Part shown: positions 43,362 through 56,394 of the stretch, in pieces
Position numbering within the stretch: position 1 is the stretch's first letter
How the letters are laid out: every line of letters starts with the position of its first letter
Assembly: GCA_051294375.1 (NCBI GenBank)
Contig: CM119264.1
Span: forward strand, 24,476,664-24,540,663
From: Paraspadella gotoi
Taxonomy: Eukaryota > Animalia > Chaetognatha
Length of the DNA: 64,000 nt
Direction: 5' to 3'
The notes under the pieces: model-generated
Database searches by the model: none
Seen by the model: the letters and a program-made list of their open reading frames with translations, nothing else
Told to the model about the DNA's origin: nothing
Translations under genes and position numbers: made by a program

Positions 43362-43690
43362 TTGAAAAACTAAATGTCAGTAAGAGTTTAACAATTATTC
43401 TAATTTAAATAGTTAGCTAAAGGATAGTAACATGAATTATGAAATTTGAAATGTGAAAAGGATAGTTGATAGTTAGGAGGATAGGAAGTGAAATATAAGG
43501 AGAAAGAAAGAGCTCAAAATGAGCTTGAAAACTAAATGTCAGTAAGAGTTTAACAATTTATCTAATTTAAATAGTTAGCTAAAGGATAGTAACATGAATT
43601 AGTGAAATTTGAAATGTGAAAAGGATAGTTGATAGTTAGGAGGATAGGAAAGGTGAAATATAAGGAGAAAAGAAAGAGCTCAAAATGAGC
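43362..43690. repeat. Tandem duplication (~163 bp x2) inside the left pseudo-LTR
   Basis: ttgaaaaactaaatgtcagtaagag...agctcaaaatgagc occurs at 43362-43524 and 43525-43690, but only once in the right repeat. Confidence 0.92.
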
Positions 43691-44142
43691 ATTGGTGCGG
43701 GTGCTAGCAAAGCAGGGATCTCCACTTCAGTGCACGACCCGCGGCTCCCTACGTGAGCATTTGGTGAAACCAAACGAAAGATAAAATCCCCAGGACCGAA
43801 AACTTCAGGAGCCGTCTACTGGACGGCCTGTGCAGGGACGGGCAAACCAACCCTGTGCAGCAGCATACGTGGGAGAGACAGGGCAAGTCTCTGACAGATC
43901 GATTCCAACAAACACACAAAGCCCTATTCGTGACGCCCGAGTCACTTTCTGTCCGCAGTTGCTGAACATTCGGCAGGCACAGGCCATCTGTTCAGGGAAT
44001 CAGACTGTCTGTCGTGCTTGTCCCATGACCCAAACTGGTTCTCAAGAGGTATTAGAGAGGCAATTTACATCAAAAGCCCTCGAGCCCTCTTTTGAACCGT
44101 GATGGAGGACGATTCGATCTTCCCTCAAGTTATGATACGCTT
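43691..44142 (+). pseudogene. Penelope-type GIY-YIG endonuclease domain, frameshifted
   Basis: Reading across indels: LVRVLAKAGISTSV.RPRGSLREHLVKP.KDKIPR..TSGAVYWTACAG..NQPCAAAYVGETGKSLTDRFQQHTKP...SAVAEHSAGTGHLFRESD...HDPNWFSRGIREAIYIK..EPS.LNRDGGRFDLPSSYDTL. Contains the GxVY, YVGETG, SAxxEH and REAxxI..LNRDxG motifs. Confidence 0.92.
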
Positions 44143-45040
44143 TATCAAAACGTGTGTGAAGGCCCCGCCTCCACCACCGCCCGCACAATGATTCCCCTGT
44201 CTCCACTCAACGAGACAGGCGGAGACCCTTGCGCAGGCAATGGGCAAACGATGCCTCTCACTCAAATGAAGCAACTCAGTCCCTCTCTCTGGCGACTGCG
44301 GCCGCGCCAAAACGACGCTTCAGGAGGAGGGAGAGGAGTCCACCACTCCTGTCACTAAAGCGGGCAAGAACGGACAACCGCCCGCCTCGCCAGCAGGCGA
44401 GAAGAGGGGCAGCCAGCAGGCACAACAGCCAAAGAGACATAAGAGTGGCTCTGGGAATCTTTCCGTCAGGTTCTATACCCAGTGCAAACATTCACTGGTT
44501 CAACCACACTCTCCTCTCAGCCTATTTGACGCGCTAATGACTCTGGCACCATCGTCTCTGTCCTTCATTTGCATATAAAACAAGGGGGCCAGCCTCATTT
44601 TGAGCTCTTTCTTTCTCCTTATATTTCACTTTCCTATCCTCCTAACTATCAACTATCCTTTTCACATTTCAAATTTCATAATTCATGTACTATCCTTTAG
44701 CTAACTATTTAAATTAGATAATGTTAAAACTCTTACTGACATTTAGTTTTTCAAATTTTTACTTTTGTTGTACATTACAAAAATGTATCTTTAATACTTA
44801 TTTATTTATCCCTGGTTGTCCCTTTCTCTCTCTCCTCTCTCTCTCTCTCTAACAAATTTCATTTCTTTTTCACAACTCACTCAATCTGTCCTCAACTTCA
44901 GCCTGTTCTCTCATCTGACCACTATTCTGTCTCACCACTTTGTTGGAAAACCTTTACCTCTATCTCTCTCTCTCTTCTCTCTCTTCTCTCTCTCTCTCTC
45001 TCACACCCTTCTTTTTGCACAAAAATTTCCTTTATGGCAA

Positions 45041-45081
45041 ACGCTGATGAAGGCTCGCAATGTGAGCCGAAACATGTCCGT
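45041..45081 (+). ncRNA. Minimal type I hammerhead ribozyme
   Basis: acg-CTGATGA-a-ggctc-gcaatgt-gagcc-GAAA-catgtc-cgt; predicted cleavage after C45078. Confidence 0.88.
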
Positions 45082-45655
45082 ATCTCCAATTAAATTCGTT
45101 GTACCACAATTAAAAACTTTGTTTTTCTCTAAATTTTTAGATCGAATTTTGATTCCTAGCAAAAAGTTAATATAATAAATTATTTTATTGAGTTAGTTAA
45201 AAATGTAAAAAACTATATTTAAAACATCAATTTTTAATTTCGAACTTAAAAATATAGTTTTTTATAATTTTAACCTACTAAATGACATAATTTTTGAAAA
45301 AGATTTTTATTTTCTTTTATCAACTTTTAACAAGGAATCTAAATCTCTTCTCAAAATTTTTTTTTTTAAATATTTTGAAATTTTGATATTATACAAAATA
45401 AGCTGACTGGGCTACTATATTTGTAAAAAAATAAAAAATAACTACAGATCAGTATTCACTAATATGATAGTTTTCAAGATATAACTGCTAAATTTTGATT
45501 CCAACCTTTCACTTCACCCTACTGAACACGAAATCTTTGCAAATGCCGCAGGTTAGACAGGAAATCATTTCGAGTTGTCGTCGACGCTTTTTCCGTCAGC
45601 GTCTCATCGTCAACGACTTCATAAAATTTGAAGCCTCATTCTTCCTCTCACATCT

Positions 45656-45705
<50 letters not shown>

Positions 45706-46321
45706 CTCGGCCCTGTCAACCTGATGCGCTTTAAAACGTCAAGAAACGAGAAAAACCTTTTAGCCCTGTCGTCGTCATCGTCGTCCTTATCGTCGTCGTC
45801 ATCATCGTCGTGATCATCATCGCCGTTGCCGTCCTCTTCGCCGTCACTCATGTTCTCAACCTTAATTAACTTGTCCTAATCGTCGTTTTAATCGTCGTCG
45901 TCTTCGTCGTCGTTGTCATCGTTCTTATCAAAGCCTTCGTCGCGTTGTCAACCTCGTCGACATCGGCGTCATTGTCATCCTTGGGATCACGGTCGTTGTC
46001 ATCGTCGCAACCTTCGTCATCAAGATTCCAGCAAACGTCTTGGTTGTCATCAGCTTCGCAGTCAACGTCGTCGCCGTCATTGTTATCCCCGTCATCTTCC
46101 TCATTTTCTTTCAGCGTCGTCGTCATTGTCAGCGTAGTCGTCGTCGTCGTCGTCGTCGTCGCCATTTTTTAAAACAAACGCCCCCTAATGGTTGGCGTCT
46201 CAGGCGGAGAATGGAAGGAGTATTATGCCGGCGCTAATTGCCGCACCGTATATCTCCATGGTGATACCGCCGATATCCGAATGAGCTGCTAACGATGGGG
46301 AGGAGAGAGACGAGAGAGAGA

Positions 46322-46391
<70 letters not shown>

Positions 46392-46705
46392 TAAAGAGAT
46401 AGTGAAAAGTGAGAGAGAAAGGGAATATTGAAAAGATGAAAAAATAAAGAAAAGAAGATAAGGAAGAAAGAAAAAAATGAAAAAAGAAGAAAGAAAAGAA
46501 AAAGAAAAGAAAAGAAAAGAAAGAAAAAAAGAAAAGAAAAAAGAAAAGAAAAAAGAAAAGAAAAGAAAAGAAAAGAAAAAGAAAGAAAAAAAAAAAAAAA
46601 AAGAAAAAGATTGCAATTAAAGCTCATCAATATCACTTCCACCAGCCCCCCCTTGCTTCCTTATTCTCTTCACCTCAACTTTATCTTTATTTATTATATT
46701 CTATC

Positions 46706-47187
<482 letters not shown>

Positions 47188-48480
47188 AGTCTTCTTCACT
47201 TTCACACCATTCAGGCATCAACATCACAAATCCACCAGCCCATGCCGCCCCACTTTCACTTCCTATCCACCCTTCAGTTTGAATTAATCTCTTTGCCACC
47301 ACGCACTCTCTCCTCGCTCCGAAACAGCCGCACGAATCTCCTCGTGAACGTGTGCGTCGCGTCGTCGCTCGTTCGTGTCGTCGATTCGGTCGTCGTCGTC
47401 GTCGTCTCTTTCCCTTCGTCGTCATCCTTGGCGCCATCTGTTTCACGTCTCTGCTCCCCGGGCGGCTAGATGACCGTTCAGAAGACGAGAGCGCCGATGG
47501 AAATTGCATAGGTGAGAACGCGTTTAAAACATTGTGGGCTTTGTAAAAAACGACCGTGGGCTTGGAAAAACGAACAGTGTGTATCAAATTACAAAGAGCA
47601 TAAAAACTTCTGCGAGTTTTAAACTTTTAAAGAAAGGACCGTGAAAGAGTGGGTATTAAACTACTCGGCGTTTCTTCTTCCTCTTGACGTAAATTTTCTG
47701 GCACTGCTTACATGAGTCTGAAAGGGTTGGCATCTGATTGCATCTGTTGGGGCGTTAAAGCATCGCTCTCTCTGATGACGAAATTCCTTTTTTCCCTAAT
47801 TCGCTGAAACTGAAGATAAATTAGTCTATTCATTTAGGATTTTGTTTCAATTCACCAAGCAATTACAATTACTACATTCGCATCCAGTCTCTCGAAATTC
47901 ATTCAACGATTCATCAGAGAAAGAGACAGAAGAGAGAGAGAGAGAGAGGAGAGACGAGAAGAGAGAAGAGAGAAGAGAGAGAGAGGAGAGAGAGGAGATA
48001 GAGGAATAGAGAGAGAGAGAAGAGAAAAGTGACGCTTTCGAGAGAATCCTGACAAATTAGTTTTAAGCTTAATTAACTTTTGATACTACACTTTGTAGCG
48101 AAGAAAAACCGTTTTATGGCCGGAGTTCGGAAGAAAAACGAGGAATTTTATTTCATGAAAATTAACGGCTTTTTTTTTCTTTCGCGAAATTCCTGGGCAT
48201 TTGATTTCTTTTTTCAACTCCCCTATTTTCATATTTTCCTAATGTCCGGAGGGAGGCCAATTAAGCGAAAACAATGACCACATGGAGAACATTGAAGGGA
48301 AAGGCGATGGTCACAGGGAAGTCAATGTTAATAAGGGTACAATAAAAAAGAGGCAATTGCCACAGAGAAGATTAAAAAGGTAAAAAGAAAATTCCAATAG
48401 CAACTGAGATTGCAATAAATAGACAGAAACAGGCCCTAGAGATACCAAAGTAAATGTGCCAACGGCCACGAGATAAGTTT

Positions 48481-48596
48481 TGATTTAACTCGACCAGGTT
48501 AATTAGTTTCGATAACAAATTTAGAAACTCATTCGTCTTGATTTAACTCGACCAGGTTAATTAGTTTCGATAACAAATTTAGAAACTCATTCGTCT
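48481..48596 (+). repeat. Perfect 58-bp tandem duplication
   Basis: tgatttaactcgaccaggttaattagtttcgataacaaatttagaaactcattcgtct x2. Confidence 0.95.
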
Positions 48597-49212
48597 AAAT
48601 CGACATTTACAGTTTCAGAATTCACAGCTCAAGATTATTTATTACTTTCTATTCACGGCGAGTTATGTGATTCATTGTTTTGTTTTCACAGCTTGAAATT
48701 TTTTTATTACTTTCAATTTACAGGAAGAGATAATATATATTATTTTTTATTGACAATTGGAGACAGATACTTTTTTATTCGTTATCTCATTGATAACCAT
48801 ACACAGTCAAAGATTATAAAAAACAAGAACGATAATTCAAATGTATTGCGAAATGACATGACAACAATAACTTTCTTAGCCTGTGTATTTATGACACGCA
48901 CTGCATCGGAATTCCGTATTTTATTCCTTATAGTTTTTTTGGAATTCCTGAAAGCGGCGCTAGCAGTTACTTAGATTTGAGTTTTTTTTTTGTCTTAACA
49001 AATGAGCAACCAACTATAGTCAAATTATATGCATTTTTAACGTTAGTAGGACAGACATACCGACCGACCGTCCGACAGACCGACCGCTCCGCGAGTACTC
49101 GCGGCTCAACTAAAAGTATAGAAAATGCTTGTCAGTTAATATCAAACGTTGACGAAGATGATGAAGACAGAACCACCCTTCTTTCCCCATTTTTTTTACA
49201 GTACAACGAAAC

Positions 49213-49302
49213 TTGACTTGACTTGATAGGCGTTCGTCCTACGAGGGACTGCCTCACTCTCAATGCTGTCGTCGCATGTGCATAGCTCGATTGGATCTAT
49301 CG
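49213..49302 (-). mobile_element. 3' terminal fragment of a non-LTR (RTE-like) retrotransposon with 12-bp TSD
   Basis: GTACAACGAAAC at 49201-49212 and 49303-49314. The minus strand encodes DRSNRAMHMRRQH* (C2H2-finger-like end), then a short UTR and a (CAAGT)n tail. Confidence 0.8.
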
Positions 49303-49453
49303 GTACAACGAAACCGGAAAAAGGGGGCGGCAGCGTCGGCGGCCGTCGTCGTCAAAGGCGGCTGCAGCGGCTCGGCCGCGGCTCGGCCGCGGCGGCCACA
49401 GGCAGCGACAATTCAGTGAAATTATTCATAAAGGAGGCGGAATTCGTCCGGCG

Positions 49454-49554
49454 AAATGAAACGGTTATGAGGTTTAGGATTATGGGGTTTGGATTTCAAA
49501 TGAAATGGTTATGAGGTTTAGGTTTATGGGGTTTGGATTTCAAATGAAATGGTT
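49454..49554 (+). repeat. 44-bp tandem duplication
   Basis: ggttatgaggtttagg(a/t)ttatggggtttggatttcaaatgaaat x2. Confidence 0.9.
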
Positions 49555-50579
49555 GTCCGTTGAGATTATGAATGAAACAGTTATGAGTTTTTGATTCATG
49601 AGATGAGAAATTCGTTGAATTATTTGCGGGGTGTAAATGAGAAATTATGATTTGAAAATGTGTCACGTAATGAGGTAAAACAATTTTTTTGGAGGGGATT
49701 CCTTAGTTTTGAATTTAATTTACTAATCGAAAACGAACGGATTTTGTACTGACCAGTTGTATATTTTTTTGTATCGTATAAAAGTTTTTCAATCTTAAAT
49801 ATCACAAAGACATCAAGGATAACAACAAACTATCAAAAAAAATTCCACTTGATAACAGAAATAACGATCCAAGTTTATACCGTAAAAGGATAAAGAAAAC
49901 CATCCAACTCGGCAATCGTGCCAAAACATCCAACCTGACAATCGGACAAAGATTTCTTTCGACGACATTTATTCCGAGGGCAGAGATTCGAACGGGATTC
50001 TATCCCTGGGACCAATCCCAGTCCATGCATAGCATCTCACGGGCAGAATATCTTTCGGGGTAGAGGGGGGAGGGTAAGGGGCGGGGAAAGAGGGAGGAAG
50101 GGGGAAGGAGAGGGTGAGAGAAAACGAAAAGAGAGCGGGTTAGAGAGAGTCAGAGAGAGAGAGAGAGCTCTGACGATTTTCAGAAGAGCGTCTTTTTCCA
50201 TTAAGGGATTTTCTGTGTGGTTGTTTGCTGCGGAAAAGCAACTCTGTTCGGAGAATCTCAAACAGAGGTGTGAGGTTAAAAATAGACTTGGGTACGAAAC
50301 GGAGCGGCACAAAGATATTTAGCATCGAACATATAATGAGGAGAATTTATTCGAGATTCGTCCAACTACTAATGTGCGCGCATTTGCTATTTCTTTAAAA
50401 GTTGATTGTCAACTAATACAAAAATGAGATGAGAAACTACAACGTAAAACATTAAGAAATTTTTTTAAAAGGTTTTCCACCAAACGCAGTTAAAACCATT
50501 ACCATTAACCATTGTGCTCTTGCTAGTTCAAAATTATTTGGCTGTCAGGTGTCCTCTCTCTCTCCTCTCTCTCTCTCTC

Positions 50580-50611
<32 letters not shown>

Positions 50612-51660
50612 ATCTTGAATTTTCTTCAATGTTTTTTATTTCTTTATCTTTCATGTGGTCGAGTTTGTTTTTTTTTTCTTTTTTTTTTTTAATCACGACG
50701 TCCTTATTTTGTTTATCCCTGGCTTTTTTTTCTCTTTATTTTTCTGTCTTTTCTTTTCTGTTTCTTGCTTCTAATTCTTTTCTCTTTCTTTTTCTTGCTC
50801 TTATTCCTTGATTTCTATATTTCTTATCTTATGACTTTTTTTTTCTAATAACCTTATAGGCCTACGCTTTGTTGCCTTTTTATCGAACACCTTAACTTTT
50901 TTCCTCAAAATCCAACTGTAAAATCAACATCTTATCTGTTTACTAAAATGGTTTTAGCGGGTTTTTATCAACACTGTTGTAGTAGTAACAATTTCGTTAA
51001 ACTTTTGGCTTGAAATTATTACAAATAATACAGAACTTATCGTCAAAAAACAACAGTGAAAATCTTTATTTTTCTGTTTTGTACTTTGATCTTGACGTGA
51101 AAGGTACAACCCTTTTCTTGTCGCTTTTAACAAGCAATGTTTTCCTCGTTTTCTTACTTTTTTTCAAAACCTTTTTTTTTCCCTTCTCTGTTCCTCACGT
51201 CTGTGTTCCATCTCTTTTCCTCTGAGTATTTTCTTTTTTACCCATTGAATTTGTGACCTTCCTTTAATTCTCTTTTTTTTTCATTCTTTACCTAACCTTT
51301 CCTCTTTTCTTACCAGTCTAGATTTTAGTTTTTTTATTTCCTTTTTCTCTTTCCTTTTTCCTCCATAGATCCTCGCATTCTCGCATCTCCTCAATTTTTC
51401 TCCCTCGCTTCCTTACTTTTTTCCTTTTTTTTTCAATTTTTACCTCTCGAGCTTTCACGGTTCACATTTTGGTTTTTTCCTTTGTGATTCTTTAACTCTC
51501 CGTTTTTCTTTCCTTTCCTCCCTTTTCTTTCTTCGATGATCGACTCCCTGGTTTTTTTTTCCTTTCATTCTTTTCATATTCTCCCTCCCTCTTCTTTTTG
51601 CTTCTCGCCAGGGAAACGCACAAAGGATCGGAACCCAAGAATGAGGTCAAACTCGGGCTC

Positions 51661-54600
51661 GACCCCTGGGTGGGGAGTTGGGTGGGTGTGGCGATAGAAG
51701 TTGGTGGGTGTCGGGATAGAAGTTGGGTGGGGGTGGGGATGTGGCGATGGAGAAGGGGCAAAGAGAAGGGAGTAGAGAAAAGTTGAAAGTGGGAGTGAAG
51801 GGAAAGGAGACGCCAAAGTGGGTGATTGGAAACTGACGGTTTGCAAAACGGTTATTCGCTCAGGGCTTTGATGAAGCTAATTAAAAGGGTGATGTAAAAT
51901 GTTAAAAACTTTATTACCGAAAGAATGCAATCTTTGTAATTGTCGTTTTCATTTTTAGTTTTTTTTCCACTATTTAAATAGGACAATATATATGCAGATT
52001 TACAGTCAAAGGACTTTTAGTACGACATCGTTTGATGGACGCAAGAACGAAAACAAAGAGAGAGAGAAGGAAATTCTGCTGATTCTGATTCGCGACAAAA
52101 ATTCGTCACGTGCTCAAGAAATTGTCGACAAGCGAGCGTCTCGTTTTTTGGTANNNNNNNNNNNNNNNNNNNNNNNNNNNNNNNNNNNNNNNNNNNNNNN
52201 NNNNNNNNNNNNNNNNNNNNNNNNNNNNNNNNNNNNNNNNNNNNNNNNNNNNNNNNNNNNNNNNNNNNNNNNNNNNNNNNNNNNNNNNNNNNNNNNNNNN
52301 NGGAATGACAATTTCACGTTTCGAAACGATAAAAAATTGGGTCACATGAAATTTTTATAGTAATAGGACTTAGAGCAAGTAAAAGTACGGAAAGGAACTT
52401 TCTTGAGCGACTTTTAGTTCAGAATTTGGTTTTTTAATTACTATTTTTAATTTTTAAAAAAAAAATTTGTTATAAGATCCAACTGCCTATAGTGTTACTG
52501 AAGGATTTAGAAATTTGAAAATTTTAAGCCTTCTAAAAAGAGAAATCAAGCACCGTTTATTTAAAAGCTTCAGCTGTTAAAAAATTGTATCATTCTACGT
52601 GTATTCTATTTTAATACTCAAGACGACGACGACGACGATCCGCCGGAGTTTTATGTTCTTTTCTTTTCTCTTCTTGAATCCAAAGGAAATAGATTTAATT
52701 AGTGGAAAGACTGTGCGAAGAAACGAGAGATAAGANNNNNNNNNNNNNNNNNNNNNNNNNNNNNNNNNNNNNNNNNNNNNNNNNNNNNNNNNNNNNNNNN
52801 NNNNNNNNNNNNNNNNNNNNNNNNNNNNNNNNNNNNNNNNNNNNNNNNNNNNNNNNNNNNNNNNNNNNNNNNNNNNNNNNNNNNNNNNNNNNNNAGACAT
52901 TCACGAATTCATGAATAATGAAACAAGAACTAAATGGGGAAAATTCTTTGCGAGACGTCAAAAGTTTCATTATGTCATTATTAGCTTAGGTATTAAACGA
53001 TAATAAAAGTTTTATTAAAAAGAATCTTTAATCTTTAATCTTTAATCTTTAATCTTTAATCTTTAATCTTTAATCTTTAATCGATTTGCATAAAAGCGGA
53101 AATGATTTTGTTTCTCNNNNNNNNNNTTATTTTATGACTTATTTTACTTTTTTCATTAAGTCTGTTATTGTGAACAATGCAGTTGCAAAATTAAGACAAA
53201 AATCTTACATTAATTTCACAGTGAGAGAGACGAGGCGTCTGGACGAAATTCCAGGTTCAGGTTTATCTGTTGGTTTTTTTTTTCTCGTTGGCCAGTTTGT
53301 ATTAACAATTTAATGCTATGTTTAAATGTTTTACCGATTTTTAAAAACTTTTTTTATACTTCAACGATTGTATTTTTTCTCATCAGAATATTATTTTCAC
53401 TTTTCAAGAATCTTTTGAATCAATTTCTCACTATTTCCTCCGCTTAAAGTCTTCCTTTTTTCAATTATTTTTAATATTATCCTCCTCATTTCGTTTACTC
53501 TTCTTATTTATGTTCCTTCTTCTCTTTCAGCTTCTCTGTTTCTCTCACTTTTTTTTTGTTTCGTCTTCTCTGTTTTTCCCTCAGGCCGCATTCGTCTTTA
53601 GTTCTCTTTCTTTCATCAAAAAAATTTTCAGGCTCTCTCTCTCTCTCTCNNNNNNNNNNNNNNNNNNNNNNNNNNNNNNNNNNNNNNNNNNNNNNNNNNN
53701 NNNNNNNNNNNNNNNNNNNNNNNNNNNNNNNNNNNNNNNNNNNNNNNNNNNNNNNNNNNNNNNNNNNNNNNNNNNNNNNNNNNNNNNNNNNNNNNNNNNN
53801 NNNNNNNNCTCACACACTAATATCTAATATCTTTACCCTCTCCACTCTTACTCCGTTTTTGAACGTATTCAATTTTACTATACTAAAATATACATACAAG
53901 TATATTCATGAAAATGATTAATTGAGGTAGAGATGGTTCTGTTGGTGCACACCGTAACTAAATCGGCGCTTTTTACGACAATGGCGGAGGCAGAGCCATC
54001 TTCTAGTACCCTTTTAAGGTGGCTGTATTCAATGTGGGTGTTGGTCGTGTGGCTCAGCCATCTGTTTTGTGGCGTCTTTGCCAACCTTTCGGCGCTGTTT
54101 TCTGGAGGCGGCGCTCTTTCGAATGCATGAGACGATCCACGCCGAATCGGGGTTTCGGATTAAAAAAAGTCTGTTTTTGGAGCGCGTGGTGGGTCAGTGG
54201 TCAGCTGCTGGGTAGATTTGTGGGGAGATGGTTGTATTAGCAATGAGTATTTGTGGTAAACTTCTTTGTTTGAATAAGTTCTTGACTTCTTTTTATCGAG
54301 CCTAAATTGAGAGGCTGGAAAGATTTTAGACTTAGGAGAGAATACCAAAACCAAAATTATAGGCATTAATAATTGTTTAGAGTTAATAAATTATAAGAAA
54401 TGTTTAGAGTTAATAAATACTAACATAAATTCGAAAATTCTGTTGAGCATCTCGTCTTACCAACGTAAAATCCAATTTTGATAATTAACATATTTCCCTT
54501 ATCAATAAAAAAAAATCGCGAGCCTCATTTTAATTTCAATAGTATTCTTCAGTATTCTATAGTATTTTGATTTTATTGTATTACGGCATCGATGCGGCGT

Positions 54601-56394
54601 GAAAATATAAAATTCAATATTTAACTGTAAANNNNNNNNNNNNNNNNNNNNNNNNNNNNNNNNNNNNNNNNNNNNNNNNNNNNNNNNNNNNNNNNNNNNN
54701 NNNNNNNNNNNNNNNNNNNNNNNNNNNNNNNNNNNNNNNNNNNNNNNNNNNNNNNNNNNNNNNNNNNNNNNNNNNNNNNNNNNNNNNNNNNNNNNNNNNN
54801 NNNNNNNNNNNNNNNNNNNNNNNNNNNNNNNNNNNNNNNNNNNNNNNNNNNNNNNNNNNNNNNNNNNNNNNNNNNNNNNNNNNNNNNNNNNNNNNNNNNN
54901 NNNNNNNNNNNNNNNNNNNNNNNNNNNNNNNNNNNNNNNNNNNNNNNNNNNNNNNNNNNNNNNNNNNNNNNNNNNNNNNNNNNNNNNNNNNNNNNNNNNN
55001 NNTTTTGTAAATCGTGTGGTATTGCTACTATAAAATAAGTAACCTGTTTGTTTGTACGTGTCGACTACCAAACTATAGTTTTATAATCTACACAACGATG
55101 CAGTAAAAGAAGTGTTGGAACCGCCTCTTCGAAGGTGGTTCTTGTTTCGAGCAACAAAAAGGACGTTTATGGTAGAGGAATTCTAAAACCCGTCGGAGAA
55201 GCGAAGATTTATGGAGGCCCCGTTGCCGACCGTGCAAACCAAGTGACTTCAGTCAAGAAGAAAAAGAAAAAAAAAACACAATTTTTTTTTCTTTATCCGA
55301 TTCTTGATTTATTCGCAAATAAGGAATTTTTTTCCGCGGCCACAAGACAAACCGCTCTCAGCTCGGCAATTGAGAAGGGGGAAGAGTTNNNNNNNNNNNN
55401 NNNNNNNNNNNNNNNNNNNNNNNNNNNNNNNNNNNNNNNNNNNNNNNNNNNNNNNNNNNNNNNNNNNNNNNNNNNNNNNNNNNNNNNNNNNNNNNNNNNN
55501 NNNNNNNNNNNNNNNNNNNNNNNNNNNNNNNNNNNNNNNNNNNNNNNNNNNNNNNNNNNNNNNNNNNNNNNNNNNNNNNNNNNNNNNNNNNNNNNNNNNN
55601 NNNNNNNNNNNNNNNNNNNNNNGGACATTCATACTCATAGGGTTATTATAAAGTATACATTATACATTATACAATATACACTGACGGTGAATCACTGGAA
55701 AATATTAACACGGATTAAACAGATAGAAAAACAGACAAGCCGAGGGACAGTCTGAAAGATCACTAAAAGAGTTTCTAAAGTCTCGCCGGAAGCTCCTCAG
55801 CTCGAGAGGGTGAAAAAAAAAGTAGGGCAGACAAAAAGGCGAAACTATATACGAACAACAAAGTAGACAATAAATAAAAATAAATATAAAGGAAGAGGGG
55901 ATGAATTATATCGAGCGGAAAGTGCCATTAGGACGCTCGGGGATTTAGAAGCGTCGCTGGCGTCATTTAAAAATATCTCCTCCTGAGCGGGAAAAACGGA
56001 CTGCGGATTTGTGAGAGGGGTGGGAGAGGGTCGCGAGGGTGGTGTTGTGGGGGTAGGATTGTGGGGAGAGAAGAGGGGAAGCTTTTGCTAATGGGGATGG
56101 GTGCCGGAAGTGAAGGGGTTCGGAGGCGTGAATTTGTGAATTAACGGCGGATATAGTGGATAGACGTGGCAGACGAATAAGAAGTTGGGTCGTATATATA
56201 TCGAGTGAATTGTGAAAAAGGGATTAGGCTCTAATATAGTTGGCGAAGGTAGGAAGTATAAGGGTTAAAATGGCTAAAGAAAATAAACGATGGAGAATTT
56301 GAGGAAAAGATGATATGAAAAAAATGTGAGGATATGAAACCCAACTTTTGTCTCAAATTTGACAATGGACGTTCGTCGTTTTCATAAAGTTGCA
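51661..56394 (-). repeat. Segment A', inverted copy of 5295-10393
   Basis: Reverse-complement match, with N gaps at the microsatellite positions. Confidence 0.95.
53023..53082 (+). repeat. (AATCTTT)n heptamer repeat
   Basis: aatctttaatcttt... tandem run, absent from the corresponding position of copy A. Confidence 0.9.

Larger units (their letters stand above)
42975..45134 (+). mobile_element. 5'-truncated Penelope-like retroelement with inverted pseudo-LTRs
   Basis: Inverted repeats 42975-43690 and 44594-45134 flank a GIY-YIG endonuclease remnant, with a hammerhead motif in each repeat. This is the established PLE insertion architecture. Confidence 0.92.

Noticed and set aside
47772-47790. 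ctgatgacgaaa as another hammerhead core
   Set aside because: No stem II between CTGATGA and GAAA and no cleavage-site pairing.
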